The notes beneath the pieces were generated by a model. The model saw only the letters and a program-made list of their open reading frames with translations. It made no database searches and was not told the origin of the DNA. From Pseudomonadota bacterium (GTDB lineage Bacteria > Pseudomonadota > Gammaproteobacteria > BMS3Bbin11), in the NCBI GenBank assembly GCA_034659075.1, contig JAYEGM010000194.1, forward strand, positions 10,577 to 67,625: a DNA stretch of 57,049 bases, in the 5' to 3' direction. Positions 37,087 through 45,481 of the stretch are shown piece by piece. Position numbers and translations under genes: made by a program. Each line of letters starts with the position of its first letter. Positions within the stretch are counted from its first letter, which is position 1.

Positions 37087-39741
37087 GTGGACAATCAATT
37101 ACCGCGTTCGGAAAATGTATCTGTGAGTGAAAATCTCGTTATAGTTGAATCACCGGCCAAGGCCAAAACCATTGAAAAATTTCTTGGTGACGGCTTTCTT
37201 GTGCTTTCAAGCTATGGCCATATCCGGGATTTACCAAAAAAAAATGCCATAGATATTCATAATAATTTTGAAACAAGCTACGAAATTTCAGATGATAAAA
37301 AGAAGGTCATCGCCGATCTGAGAAAAGCCGTTAAAAAGGCATCAATGGTCTGGCTGGCATCAGATGAAGACCGTGAAGGTGAAGCCATAGCCTGGCATCT
37401 TGAAGAAGCGCTGGGTCTGAATGAAGATAATTCTCGCCGAATTGTATTTCACGAAATCACCAAGCCGGCGATCCTGCATGCGATTGAAAACCCGCGAAGG
37501 ATAGACAGAAACCTGGTCAACGGGCAACAGGCACGCAGAGTCCTTGACCGATTGATTGGCTTCGAACTGTCACCGGTGCTGTGGAAAAAGATACAGACCG
37601 GTTTATCAGCAGGCCGAGTGCAATCTGTAGCGGTAAGGCTGATTGTTGATCGTGAGCGAGAAATTGACCGCTTTACTGCAGAGTCTTCGTTTAGGATAAG
37701 TGCCGAATTTGATGCGGGCGACGGCGCGGTGCTTGCTGCCCGTTTAGCCAAAGATAAAGCGAGTCTGGATGATGCTACCGCCTTTCTTGAAAGTGTCGCA
37801 GAAGCAAGTTTCATTCTTTCTGATATCACTAAAAAGCCTGCAAAAAGATCACCGCGCGCCCCTTTTACAACTTCGACACTGCAGCAGGAAGCATCGCAGA
37901 AGCTGGGTTTCTCGGTCAAACAGACCATGGTGATTGCGCAGCGTCTTTATGAATCAGGAAAAATCACCTATATGCGAACAGATTCAGTCAACCTGTCCGA
38001 GCTTGCCGTTGCGCAGGCAAAAGAGGTCATTGGCAATGAATTTGGTAAAAACTATATTCAAACCCGGGCCTATAAGTCTAAATCTGCTGGTGCCCAGGAG
38101 GCCCATGAGGCGATACGCCCAACGGACTTTTCGATAGATAAGGTTGCTGGTGAAAGAAACGAGCAGCGCCTGTACCAGTTGATCTGGCAGCGGGCAATCG
38201 CATCACAGATGGCTGATGCGAAACTTGAGCGAACTACCGCTACCGTCGACATTTCTACCGTTGACGAGACGATGCAGGCGAAGGGGGAAGTCCTGATATT
38301 TGATGGCTTCCTTAAAGTCTATGGCAATGGTGAGACTGATGATAGAAAAATGCTTCCGCCCCTGCACACAGGCCAGAACCTGCCCCGTTTACTGATGCAG
38401 GCACAGGAGGTGTTCTCCCGCCCGCCTGCCAGGTACACGGAAGCCAGCCTGGTGAAAAAACTTGAAGAAATGGGTATTGGCCGTCCGTCTACCTATGCCC
38501 CTACCATCTCTACTATCCAGAATCGCGGGTATGTAAATAAAGAAGAAAGAGAAGGCCGTGAGCGACTGGTCAGGGTACGGGTGCTGGATGGTATTAAGGT
38601 TGTCAATACAGATAAAACCGAGATCACGGGTGCTGAAAAGTCCAAGTTGTTTCCCACCGATATAGCCGGTGTGGTGACTGATTTTCTTGTTAAATATTTT
38701 GATGAAGTCATCGACTTTAACTTTACCGCCAGGGTGGAGGATGAATTCGACAAAATTGCCGCAGGGGAGTTGAAGTGGCAGGAAATGATCGCCGCATTTT
38801 ACTGGCCGTTTCACAAAGATGTGGAGAATTCGGAAGATATTTCTCGCGATGAAGCCATGCAGGCGCGTTTGCTTGGTAGTGATCCGAAGAGTGGCCGCCC
38901 GGTCAGTGTCCGAATCGGTAGATTCGGCCCATATGCTCAAATTGGTACCAGCGCTGATGAGGAAAAGCCTGTATTTGCAGGCTTACGGCCGGATCAGCGT
39001 ATGGATAAAGTTTCACTGGAAGATGTGATGCCCTTGTTTGAGTTACCAAGAGTGCTGGGGGAAACAGCTGCTGGTGAAGAAGTCATGGTTAGCACAGGCC
39101 GTTTCGGATCCTATGCCAGCTTTGTTAACACAGAAGTTAGGGACCTTCTTGAGAAGCAAGCAGTTAAAGGCATCGATCTAGTGAAAAATAATGTGTCTAT
39201 CGAGCCGGAAGACCCTCATGTAATAGAGCTGGAACAGGCTCTAGCTTTCATTAATGATAAGAAAAAATCAGATACCGAAAAGGAAATTCGGCTATTTGAA
39301 GGTGAATCGATACAAATACTCGATGGCCGCTGGGGGCCATTTATTACCGATGGATTCAAGAACGCTAAAATACCCAAAGACAGGGAGCCGGGATCATTAT
39401 CTCTTGATGAATGTAAATCGATACTAGCGGATACGACCAAGGTAAAAAAACGTCTCACGCAACAGTTTTATGGCGGTGGCTTTGTCCTGATAAAGAACCC
39501 AAATGGTCGGCCTGACGCAACAATTAAAGTTGCAGAAAATAAGCTGACAAAAGTTTCAGAACTGGTGGAGGAACTTGAGTCCAGTGGAAAAAAAATACGC
39601 CTGATATCAGCCCGTGGCGCAAAAGCCATCAGGGCCGCCGAGAAACGAGGCGCTACGGCAGTCAAAAAGAAAGCCGTTAAAAAGAAGGCTGTTAAAAAGA
39701 AAAAATCAGTGAAGAAGAAAGCTGTAAAGAAAAAGACTTAA
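37087..39741 (+). CDS. topA: DNA topoisomerase I (type IA), Cys-free C-terminal repeats and Lys-rich tail
   Basis: 884 aa. Toprim (LVIVESPAKAKTIEKFLG, ASDEDREGEAI), catalytic Tyr context ITYMRTDS, C-terminal GRFGPY/GRFGSY/GRWGPF repeats, KKKAVKKK tail. GTG start at 37087; alternative in-frame GTG at 37123. Confidence 0.94.
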   Translation: MDNQLPRSENVSVSENLVIVESPAKAKTIEKFLGDGFLVLSSYGHIRDLPKKNAIDIHNNFETSYEISDDKKKVIADLRKAVKKASMVWLASDEDREGEAIAWHLEEALGLNEDNSRRIVFHEITKPAILHAIENPRRIDRNLVNGQQARRVLDRLIGFELSPVLWKKIQTGLSAGRVQSVAVRLIVDREREIDRFTAESSFRISAEFDAGDGAVLAARLAKDKASLDDATAFLESVAEASFILSDITKKPAKRSPRAPFTTSTLQQEASQKLGFSVKQTMVIAQRLYESGKITYMRTDSVNLSELAVAQAKEVIGNEFGKNYIQTRAYKSKSAGAQEAHEAIRPTDFSIDKVAGERNEQRLYQLIWQRAIASQMADAKLERTTATVDISTVDETMQAKGEVLIFDGFLKVYGNGETDDRKMLPPLHTGQNLPRLLMQAQEVFSRPPARYTEASLVKKLEEMGIGRPSTYAPTISTIQNRGYVNKEEREGRERLVRVRVLDGIKVVNTDKTEITGAEKSKLFPTDIAGVVTDFLVKYFDEVIDFNFTARVEDEFDKIAAGELKWQEMIAAFYWPFHKDVENSEDISRDEAMQARLLGSDPKSGRPVSVRIGRFGPYAQIGTSADEEKPVFAGLRPDQRMDKVSLEDVMPLFELPRVLGETAAGEEVMVSTGRFGSYASFVNTEVRDLLEKQAVKGIDLVKNNVSIEPEDPHVIELEQALAFINDKKKSDTEKEIRLFEGESIQILDGRWGPFITDGFKNAKIPKDREPGSLSLDECKSILADTTKVKKRLTQQFYGGGFVLIKNPNGRPDATIKVAENKLTKVSELVEELESSGKKIRLISARGAKAIRAAEKRGATAVKKKAVKKKAVKKKKSVKKKAVKKKT

Positions 39742-39811
39742 AGAGAAGGCTGTAAAGAAAGAAGCATAATTGTTTGCCTGGTGCAGTCTTCGCGGTAAGT
39801 ATTTTTAGTTC

Positions 39812-39910
39812 CAAGTTTCAAGTTTCAAGTTTCAAGTCGAACTTCAAAAATACTGTAACTCTAATTTTATGTTGTGATTTGTAAACTTGAAACTTGAAAC
39901 TTGAAACTTG
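39812..39910. repeat. perfect 26-bp inverted repeat built from tandem heptamers
   Basis: CAAGTTTCAAGTTTCAAGTTTCAAGT (39812-39837) is the exact reverse complement of 39885-39910. The spacer is 47 nt. It lies between convergent topA and mrcA, and its right arm ends 2 nt from the mrcA stop. Confidence 0.92.
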
Positions 39911-39912
39911 TT

Positions 39913-42423
39913 CTAAAATATATCCTCAGGCAGCTCTTCAGCTGGTTGATCTTCAGAGTATAGCGGGCTGCCTTCAGTATGAATGCCTGATGTCGGCTCC
40001 TGCCCGAGCATGAAATATTCCAGCATTGCCCCGGGCCGTTCTTTAGAGGTCCGTCTGCCGGTTTTTTTATCGATATAGGCTGGGACGATGCCATCGGGTA
40101 TGTCGATGAGTTTCACCGGCACACCATCCAGGGCCACTTTCATATAGTCTATCCACACCGGTAGTGCCGCCCGCCCGCCTACTTCTTTGCGGCCCATGGG
40201 CGCAGGTGTGTCAAAACCAATGTATACCGTTGTTTCTATGCCGGGGCCGAAGCCGCTGAACCAGGCATCCTGCTGGTCATTTGTGGTGCCGGTTTTGCCG
40301 CCGATATCAGGTCTCCCCAATGATCTCGCTTTTCTGCCGGTGCCGCCACGTATGACCTCCTGCAGCATACTGCGCATCAAAAAGGCATTTTCTCTGCTGA
40401 TTGCCCAGGGTGCATGATCAGCAGCCTGTTGCTCAGTTTCCTGTTGCTCAGGGATGGCATTGTCATTATTCGCTGCTATGTTGACTTCCAGGCCTGTTGC
40501 GACCGGGGCAAGCGTATCAGCAGGCTTTTCATCATATTGAATGGCTGGCGCCAGTTCAACGGGAGTCGGGCAAAGTTCACAGGCAGTCAGTGCCGCTGTC
40601 TGAAAGATGATGTTATGCATCGAGTCCTCTATACGATCGATAAAATAAGGTTCGATAAGGAATCCACCATTCGCAATTACCGCATAGGCACGTGCAACTT
40701 CGAGGGGTAGCAGCGAGGCAGTTCCCAGCGCAAGTGAAAGGTTTTCAGGAAGGTGTTCTGCTGGGAAACCAAATTTCTGTAAGTGATTACGTGCTTTCTC
40801 TATACCAACAGACCGCAGTAGCCGGATAGACACAAGATTGAGAGATCGCTTCAGTGCTTCTCGCATACGGGTAAGGCCAAAAAATTTCTTGCTGTAGTTT
40901 TCCGGTCTCCAGGCGCTGCCGAGAGAGTTGTCTTTGACAACAACAGGCGCGCCACTAATCATGCTGGCGGGTGAAAAGCCATTATCCAGTGCGGCAGAAT
41001 AGATAAAGGGTTTAATATTTGATCCGGGCTGCCGTCTCGCCTGTGTTGCGCGATTAAATTTACTGGCAAAGAAGTTGAACCCCCCTGATAGTGCCAGTAT
41101 GGCTCCGTCTTCCGGTCGGAGAGATATCAGCGCGCCTTCTACGGCAGGCAGCTGGGATAGCCGCCATTCAGCTTCATTATTTTGCCGTACGTAGACAATA
41201 TCGCCGGCACTAACGACATCTGATGCAGTTTTTGGCCTGCTGCCCAGGGTATTTTCATCCTTGTATTTTTTTGCCCAGCTGTAGTTTTTCTTTGCTATCT
41301 CAATGATTTTTTTCTGCTGGGTATAGGCAGCAATAATGTCATTTTTTGTGCTTAGTACGATTGCCGGCACCAGTTCGCCGACGGAATGATATTCAGAAAG
41401 TTGTTGATTCAGGCTATCCTTATCTGAGTCAGTATTGACGGAACCGTGTCCGATTGCACCGCGGAAACCATGTCGTTCATCATAGGTAACCAGGCCGTTG
41501 AATAGTGCCTGGTTTGCGGCACGCTGGAAATCTGCATTGATGCTGGTATAGGCATTGTATCCAGCGGTATAGGTTTCTTCTTCGCCATAATTTTCGACCA
41601 TGTAGTCGCGCACCATTTCTGCGATGTAAGGAGCGTGTAGATCAGGATTGGTGGAGTGCTTTTTTGCAGTGACAGGTGCTGTCAATGCATGTTCATACTG
41701 TTGTTGTGTGATGTAATCAAGTTTTAGCATCCGTCCGAGGACATAATTTCGGCGGCTGATTGCACGCTCGGGGTTGCTGACAGGATTATTACTGGATGGT
41801 GCCTTGGGTAAACCTGCAAGCATGGCAAGTTGTGTCAGGTCCAGTTCAGAAACGGGCTTGCCGTAATAGACCATGGCGGCAGCACCAAACCCGTAGGAGC
41901 GGTGACCGAGGAAGATTTTATTAACGTATAATTCAAGTATTTGCTTTTTTTCCAGCTGTTTTTCCAGCTTGAATGCCAGTAGTACTTCCTTGAATTTACG
42001 CGTATAGGTTTTTTCCCGTGTCAAAAAGTAGTTGCGAGCTACTTGCATAGTCACGGTGCTGGCCCCCTGGCCATGACCGCCGGAGCGAAAGTTGGCCAGA
42101 ACTGCACGCAGTATACCGGTGAAATCCACGCCGCTATGCTGATAAAAGTTGGCATCTTCGGCGGCGAGGATGGCATTCAGCAGGTTTTGAGGCGTATCCT
42201 CAATGGCTATTGGCAATCGCCGCTTTTCGCCATACTCGGCAATAAGTTCGTCCTTTTCTGTGTAGATACGCAACGGGACGCTGAGTTGAATCTGCATGAT
42301 GTCTTCAGTTGCAGGAAGCTGGGGAAGGAAATAAAGAACCAGCGCAGCAACGGCCAGAATACCGGCAAAAAAGAGTGCGATAAAAGTAGAGAGTAGCTGG
42401 ATGAAAATTTTGTTAGAGCTCAT
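39913..42423 (-). CDS. mrcA: penicillin-binding protein 1A
   Basis: 836 aa. N-terminal TM, glycosyltransferase motifs (EDANFYQH, RKFKE), transpeptidase SxxK (SNIK), SxN (SLN), KTG (KTGTT). Divergent from pilM, as in many Gammaproteobacteria. Confidence 0.93.
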   Translation of the reverse strand: MSSNKIFIQLLSTFIALFFAGILAVAALVLYFLPQLPATEDIMQIQLSVPLRIYTEKDELIAEYGEKRRLPIAIEDTPQNLLNAILAAEDANFYQHSGVDFTGILRAVLANFRSGGHGQGASTVTMQVARNYFLTREKTYTRKFKEVLLAFKLEKQLEKKQILELYVNKIFLGHRSYGFGAAAMVYYGKPVSELDLTQLAMLAGLPKAPSSNNPVSNPERAISRRNYVLGRMLKLDYITQQQYEHALTAPVTAKKHSTNPDLHAPYIAEMVRDYMVENYGEEETYTAGYNAYTSINADFQRAANQALFNGLVTYDERHGFRGAIGHGSVNTDSDKDSLNQQLSEYHSVGELVPAIVLSTKNDIIAAYTQQKKIIEIAKKNYSWAKKYKDENTLGSRPKTASDVVSAGDIVYVRQNNEAEWRLSQLPAVEGALISLRPEDGAILALSGGFNFFASKFNRATQARRQPGSNIKPFIYSAALDNGFSPASMISGAPVVVKDNSLGSAWRPENYSKKFFGLTRMREALKRSLNLVSIRLLRSVGIEKARNHLQKFGFPAEHLPENLSLALGTASLLPLEVARAYAVIANGGFLIEPYFIDRIEDSMHNIIFQTAALTACELCPTPVELAPAIQYDEKPADTLAPVATGLEVNIAANNDNAIPEQQETEQQAADHAPWAISRENAFLMRSMLQEVIRGGTGRKARSLGRPDIGGKTGTTNDQQDAWFSGFGPGIETTVYIGFDTPAPMGRKEVGGRAALPVWIDYMKVALDGVPVKLIDIPDGIVPAYIDKKTGRRTSKERPGAMLEYFMLGQEPTSGIHTEGSPLYSEDQPAEELPEDIF

Positions 42424-42620
42424 AGTAAGCTGTTATTTTTTGACATGTTTGAGGCGTAATTCCTACGGGCGGTCAATTCTAAAGGTCTCAAAGGCACAAA
42501 ACCAGTAAATAATTTGAGAAAGAATTTGGCAAAGAAGGCTTTATTGTTCTATAGTTGCATATAAATGTTAATCCAAAGTAGCACCTAAATATCATAACTA
42601 GCTGAATAGAAAGGAAAACA

Positions 42621-43682
42621 TTGGGCATTTTCTCAAAAAAATCGAATTCAATTTTAGGGCTGGACATCAGTTCAACGGCCATTAAGGTGGTTGAACTGGA
42701 GAAAAGTGGTAATAATTTTCGACTTCTTCACTATTCGATTGAGTCATTACCGCTAAATGCAGTCACGGAAAACACTATCGCTGACGTTGAGCAGGTAAGT
42801 AGCTCAATTACCCGGGCGGTCAAGCGTTCTGGCGCACGATCCAGAAATGCCGCCACAGCGATTCCTGGTTCACACGTAATAGCAAAACGAATATACATGC
42901 CGCATGGTCTGCGTGAAGACGAGCTTGAGAACCAGATTGCACAGGAAGCAGATCACTATATTCCCTATCCGCTCGATGAAGTAAACATGGATTTCGAAGT
43001 GCTTGGGCCATCTGCTGATACACCAAGTGAAGATGAAATTTTACTTGTGGCCTGCCGAAAAGAAATTGTTGACGATTATGTGGCTGTGCTGGAGGACGCC
43101 GGACTGACACCGGTAATACTCGATGTTGAATATTATGCAGTCGAGAATGCCTATGAACAGATCGTCCAGGATTTGCCCGGTGGCGGGATGGGAAAATTGA
43201 CGGCTGTTATGGACTTTGGTGCGACAACTCTGCATGTGAATATAATAGAAAATAATCGCTCTATCTATACTCGAAATCACAGTTTTGGAGGTAACCAGCT
43301 AACCGAAGAAATTCAGCGTCGCTATGGACTCTCTTTCGAAGAAGCGGTTCAGGCGAAGAAAGTAGGTGGTCTGCCTGATAATTATCAACCGGAAATTTTG
43401 CGCCCCTTCATGGATGCTATGTGTCAGGAAGCGATGCGCGGTCTGCAATTCTTTTATTCTTCTTCCCAGCATGACAAAGTTGATAGCATCATGCTTGCGG
43501 GTGGTTGTTCGCAGATCCAGGGGATTGATGAACTATTGGCCAGTAAAGCCGATCTGCCGGTGGACATTGCGAATCCTTTTTCCAATATGTCCTTATCACC
43601 CAAACTGAAGGCCCAAACACTGGCACTGGATGCACCATCACTCATGGTGGCGTGCGGTCTGGCTTTAAGGGGGGGCAAGTAG
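42621..43682 (+). CDS. pilM: type IV pilus assembly protein PilM
   Basis: 353 aa, actin-like ATPase fold. N-terminus (GLDISSTAIKVVEL). First gene of pilMNOPQ. TTG start; there is no in-frame ATG near the N-terminus. Confidence 0.92.
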   Translation: MGIFSKKSNSILGLDISSTAIKVVELEKSGNNFRLLHYSIESLPLNAVTENTIADVEQVSSSITRAVKRSGARSRNAATAIPGSHVIAKRIYMPHGLREDELENQIAQEADHYIPYPLDEVNMDFEVLGPSADTPSEDEILLVACRKEIVDDYVAVLEDAGLTPVILDVEYYAVENAYEQIVQDLPGGGMGKLTAVMDFGATTLHVNIIENNRSIYTRNHSFGGNQLTEEIQRRYGLSFEEAVQAKKVGGLPDNYQPEILRPFMDAMCQEAMRGLQFFYSSSQHDKVDSIMLAGGCSQIQGIDELLASKADLPVDIANPFSNMSLSPKLKAQTLALDAPSLMVACGLALRGGK

Positions 43683-44291
43683 ATGTCACAGCTTAATCTG
43701 CTTCCATGGCGTGAACTCCGCCGTAAGGAAATCGATAAACAGGTTAGAAATATTGCCATTGGCATTGCATTACTAATGGCTGCAGTTGTTGGTTGGGCTT
43801 ATTTGTATATGAATGGCCTGATTGAAGAACAGGAGCAGCGAAATTCCTATCTTGAGCAGGAGATAAAAAAGGTCGAGAAAGAATTGCAGGAGGTCAATAA
43901 AGTCAAAAAAAGGAAGGCCGACCTGATATCACGCATGGAAGTGATACAGAAATTACAATCTGACCGGACCAGGATGGTCAAGCTGTTTGATGGCCTGGCA
44001 AAGAACCTGCCTAAAGGAATGTACCTGACTCTGTTCGAGATCAAGGGGAATGCTATTACCCTGAAGGGATCCGCAGATTCCAATGGCACAATTTCAAAGT
44101 TCATGCGCCTGATAGAAGCGTCGGATATATTTACTACGCCTAATTTGAATGTAATTAATATCAAAAATGATAAAGGCATACGAGTAAGCAGCTTTACACT
44201 TAAATTTAAATTCACTAAAGCCAGGAAGAAAGCAAAGCCGGAAGAAAAATCGGCGGCTAGTACTCAGGCAAAGGCAGGAGGAGCCAGGTAA
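43683..44291 (+). CDS. pilN: type IV pilus assembly protein PilN
   Basis: 202 aa. LNLLPWRE motif, a single TM, then a coiled coil. Confidence 0.9.
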   Translation: MSQLNLLPWRELRRKEIDKQVRNIAIGIALLMAAVVGWAYLYMNGLIEEQEQRNSYLEQEIKKVEKELQEVNKVKKRKADLISRMEVIQKLQSDRTRMVKLFDGLAKNLPKGMYLTLFEIKGNAITLKGSADSNGTISKFMRLIEASDIFTTPNLNVINIKNDKGIRVSSFTLKFKFTKARKKAKPEEKSAASTQAKAGGAR

Positions 44292-44941
44292 TGCGCGCAT
44301 CTGACTTTGCTTTCAGAATTGACGATATTAAAAATGCTGATATCAATGATCCATCAACCTGGCCGGTGTCGTTGAAAATGCTACTGATTCTTATCGGTGC
44401 AGGGGCAATACTGTTTGCCGGGTACTGGTACATCATCAAGGACCAGGTCGCCGAGCTTGAGACGCGTGAGCGAAAGGAACAGGCGCTCAAAACAACCTTC
44501 CTGGAAAAAAAGAAGCTTGCGATAAATCTCCCTGCTTATCAGAAGCAGATGGAAGAAATCAGGCAGCGTTTCGGCCTGCTTTTACAGCAATTACCGAACA
44601 AGACAGAAGTGCCTGAGTTGTTAATTGATATTACCCAGGCAGGTCTTGGGCAGGGGCTGAAGTTTAGCCTTTTTGATCCGGGCAATAAGGCCGTGAAAGA
44701 TTTTTATGCTGTTTTGCCAATCAAAGTCAATGCAGATGGAACATATCATCAGTATGGCGAATTCATCAGTGATCTATCTACGCTGTCAAGGATTGTCACG
44801 GTAGGTAACGTGAAAATAACCGGCAAGGGCGGTGCTTTAAAGATGGCAGCTGTTCTGAATACTTACCATTATCTTGATGAGGACAGCATTGTAAGTGCTA
44901 CACCAAAGAAGAAAAGTAAGAAAGCGAGGGCAAGAAGATGA
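44291..44941 (+). CDS. pilO: type IV pilus assembly protein PilO
   Basis: 216 aa. TM plus coiled coil plus a PilO core. The start overlaps the pilN stop. Confidence 0.9.
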   Translation: MRASDFAFRIDDIKNADINDPSTWPVSLKMLLILIGAGAILFAGYWYIIKDQVAELETRERKEQALKTTFLEKKKLAINLPAYQKQMEEIRQRFGLLLQQLPNKTEVPELLIDITQAGLGQGLKFSLFDPGNKAVKDFYAVLPIKVNADGTYHQYGEFISDLSTLSRIVTVGNVKITGKGGALKMAAVLNTYHYLDEDSIVSATPKKKSKKARARR

Positions 44942-45459
44942 TAAGAAAAATCGCATTCTTAGTTCTGTCATCATTCGTGCTATTGATAACAGCCTGTCAA
45001 CAGCAGGAGAAAGAGAGCCTCGTACAGTTTGTAGCAAATTCGAACAACATGAAGGCAAAAGAGATTGAACCATTGCCAAATATAAAACCCGTGGAACCTT
45101 ATGCATATAGTGCTCAGGAATTTGATGACCCCTTTAATGTAGAAAACCTGAAACCCAGGCGCGTAGTTTCAGCCCGCGCCGGCACGGGACCAGATACCAA
45201 CCGTCGACGTGAGCCACTGGAAAATTATCCACTCGACTCTTTGATGATGGTAGGAACCTTATTCAGAGAAAGCGAAAAGCTGGCAATTATAAAAACGCCT
45301 GAAGGGGCTGTTCAAACCGCACAGGTAGGCAATTATCTTGGACAGAACTACGGAAAAATTATCAGTATTGATGAAAGTAAAATTGTAGTAAAGGAGCAGG
45401 TATTAAACTCAGCCGGAACATGGGTTGGGCGTGATGCAAGTTTAAAAGTTGACCGATAA
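44938..45459 (+). CDS. pilP: type IV pilus assembly lipoprotein PilP
   Basis: 173 aa. Lipobox ITAC. Position between pilO and pilQ. Confidence 0.88.
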   Translation: MIRKIAFLVLSSFVLLITACQQQEKESLVQFVANSNNMKAKEIEPLPNIKPVEPYAYSAQEFDDPFNVENLKPRRVVSARAGTGPDTNRRREPLENYPLDSLMMVGTLFRESEKLAIIKTPEGAVQTAQVGNYLGQNYGKIISIDESKIVVKEQVLNSAGTWVGRDASLKVDR

Positions 45460-45481
45460 GTTGGTACTTCTTATAGAGAGT

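Noticed and set aside
39867-40094. 75-aa minus-strand ORF overlapping the heptamer palindrome and the 3' end of mrcA
   Set aside because: Its C-terminal part is just the translated heptamer repeat (FKFQVSSLQ). The rest overlaps mrcA in another frame.
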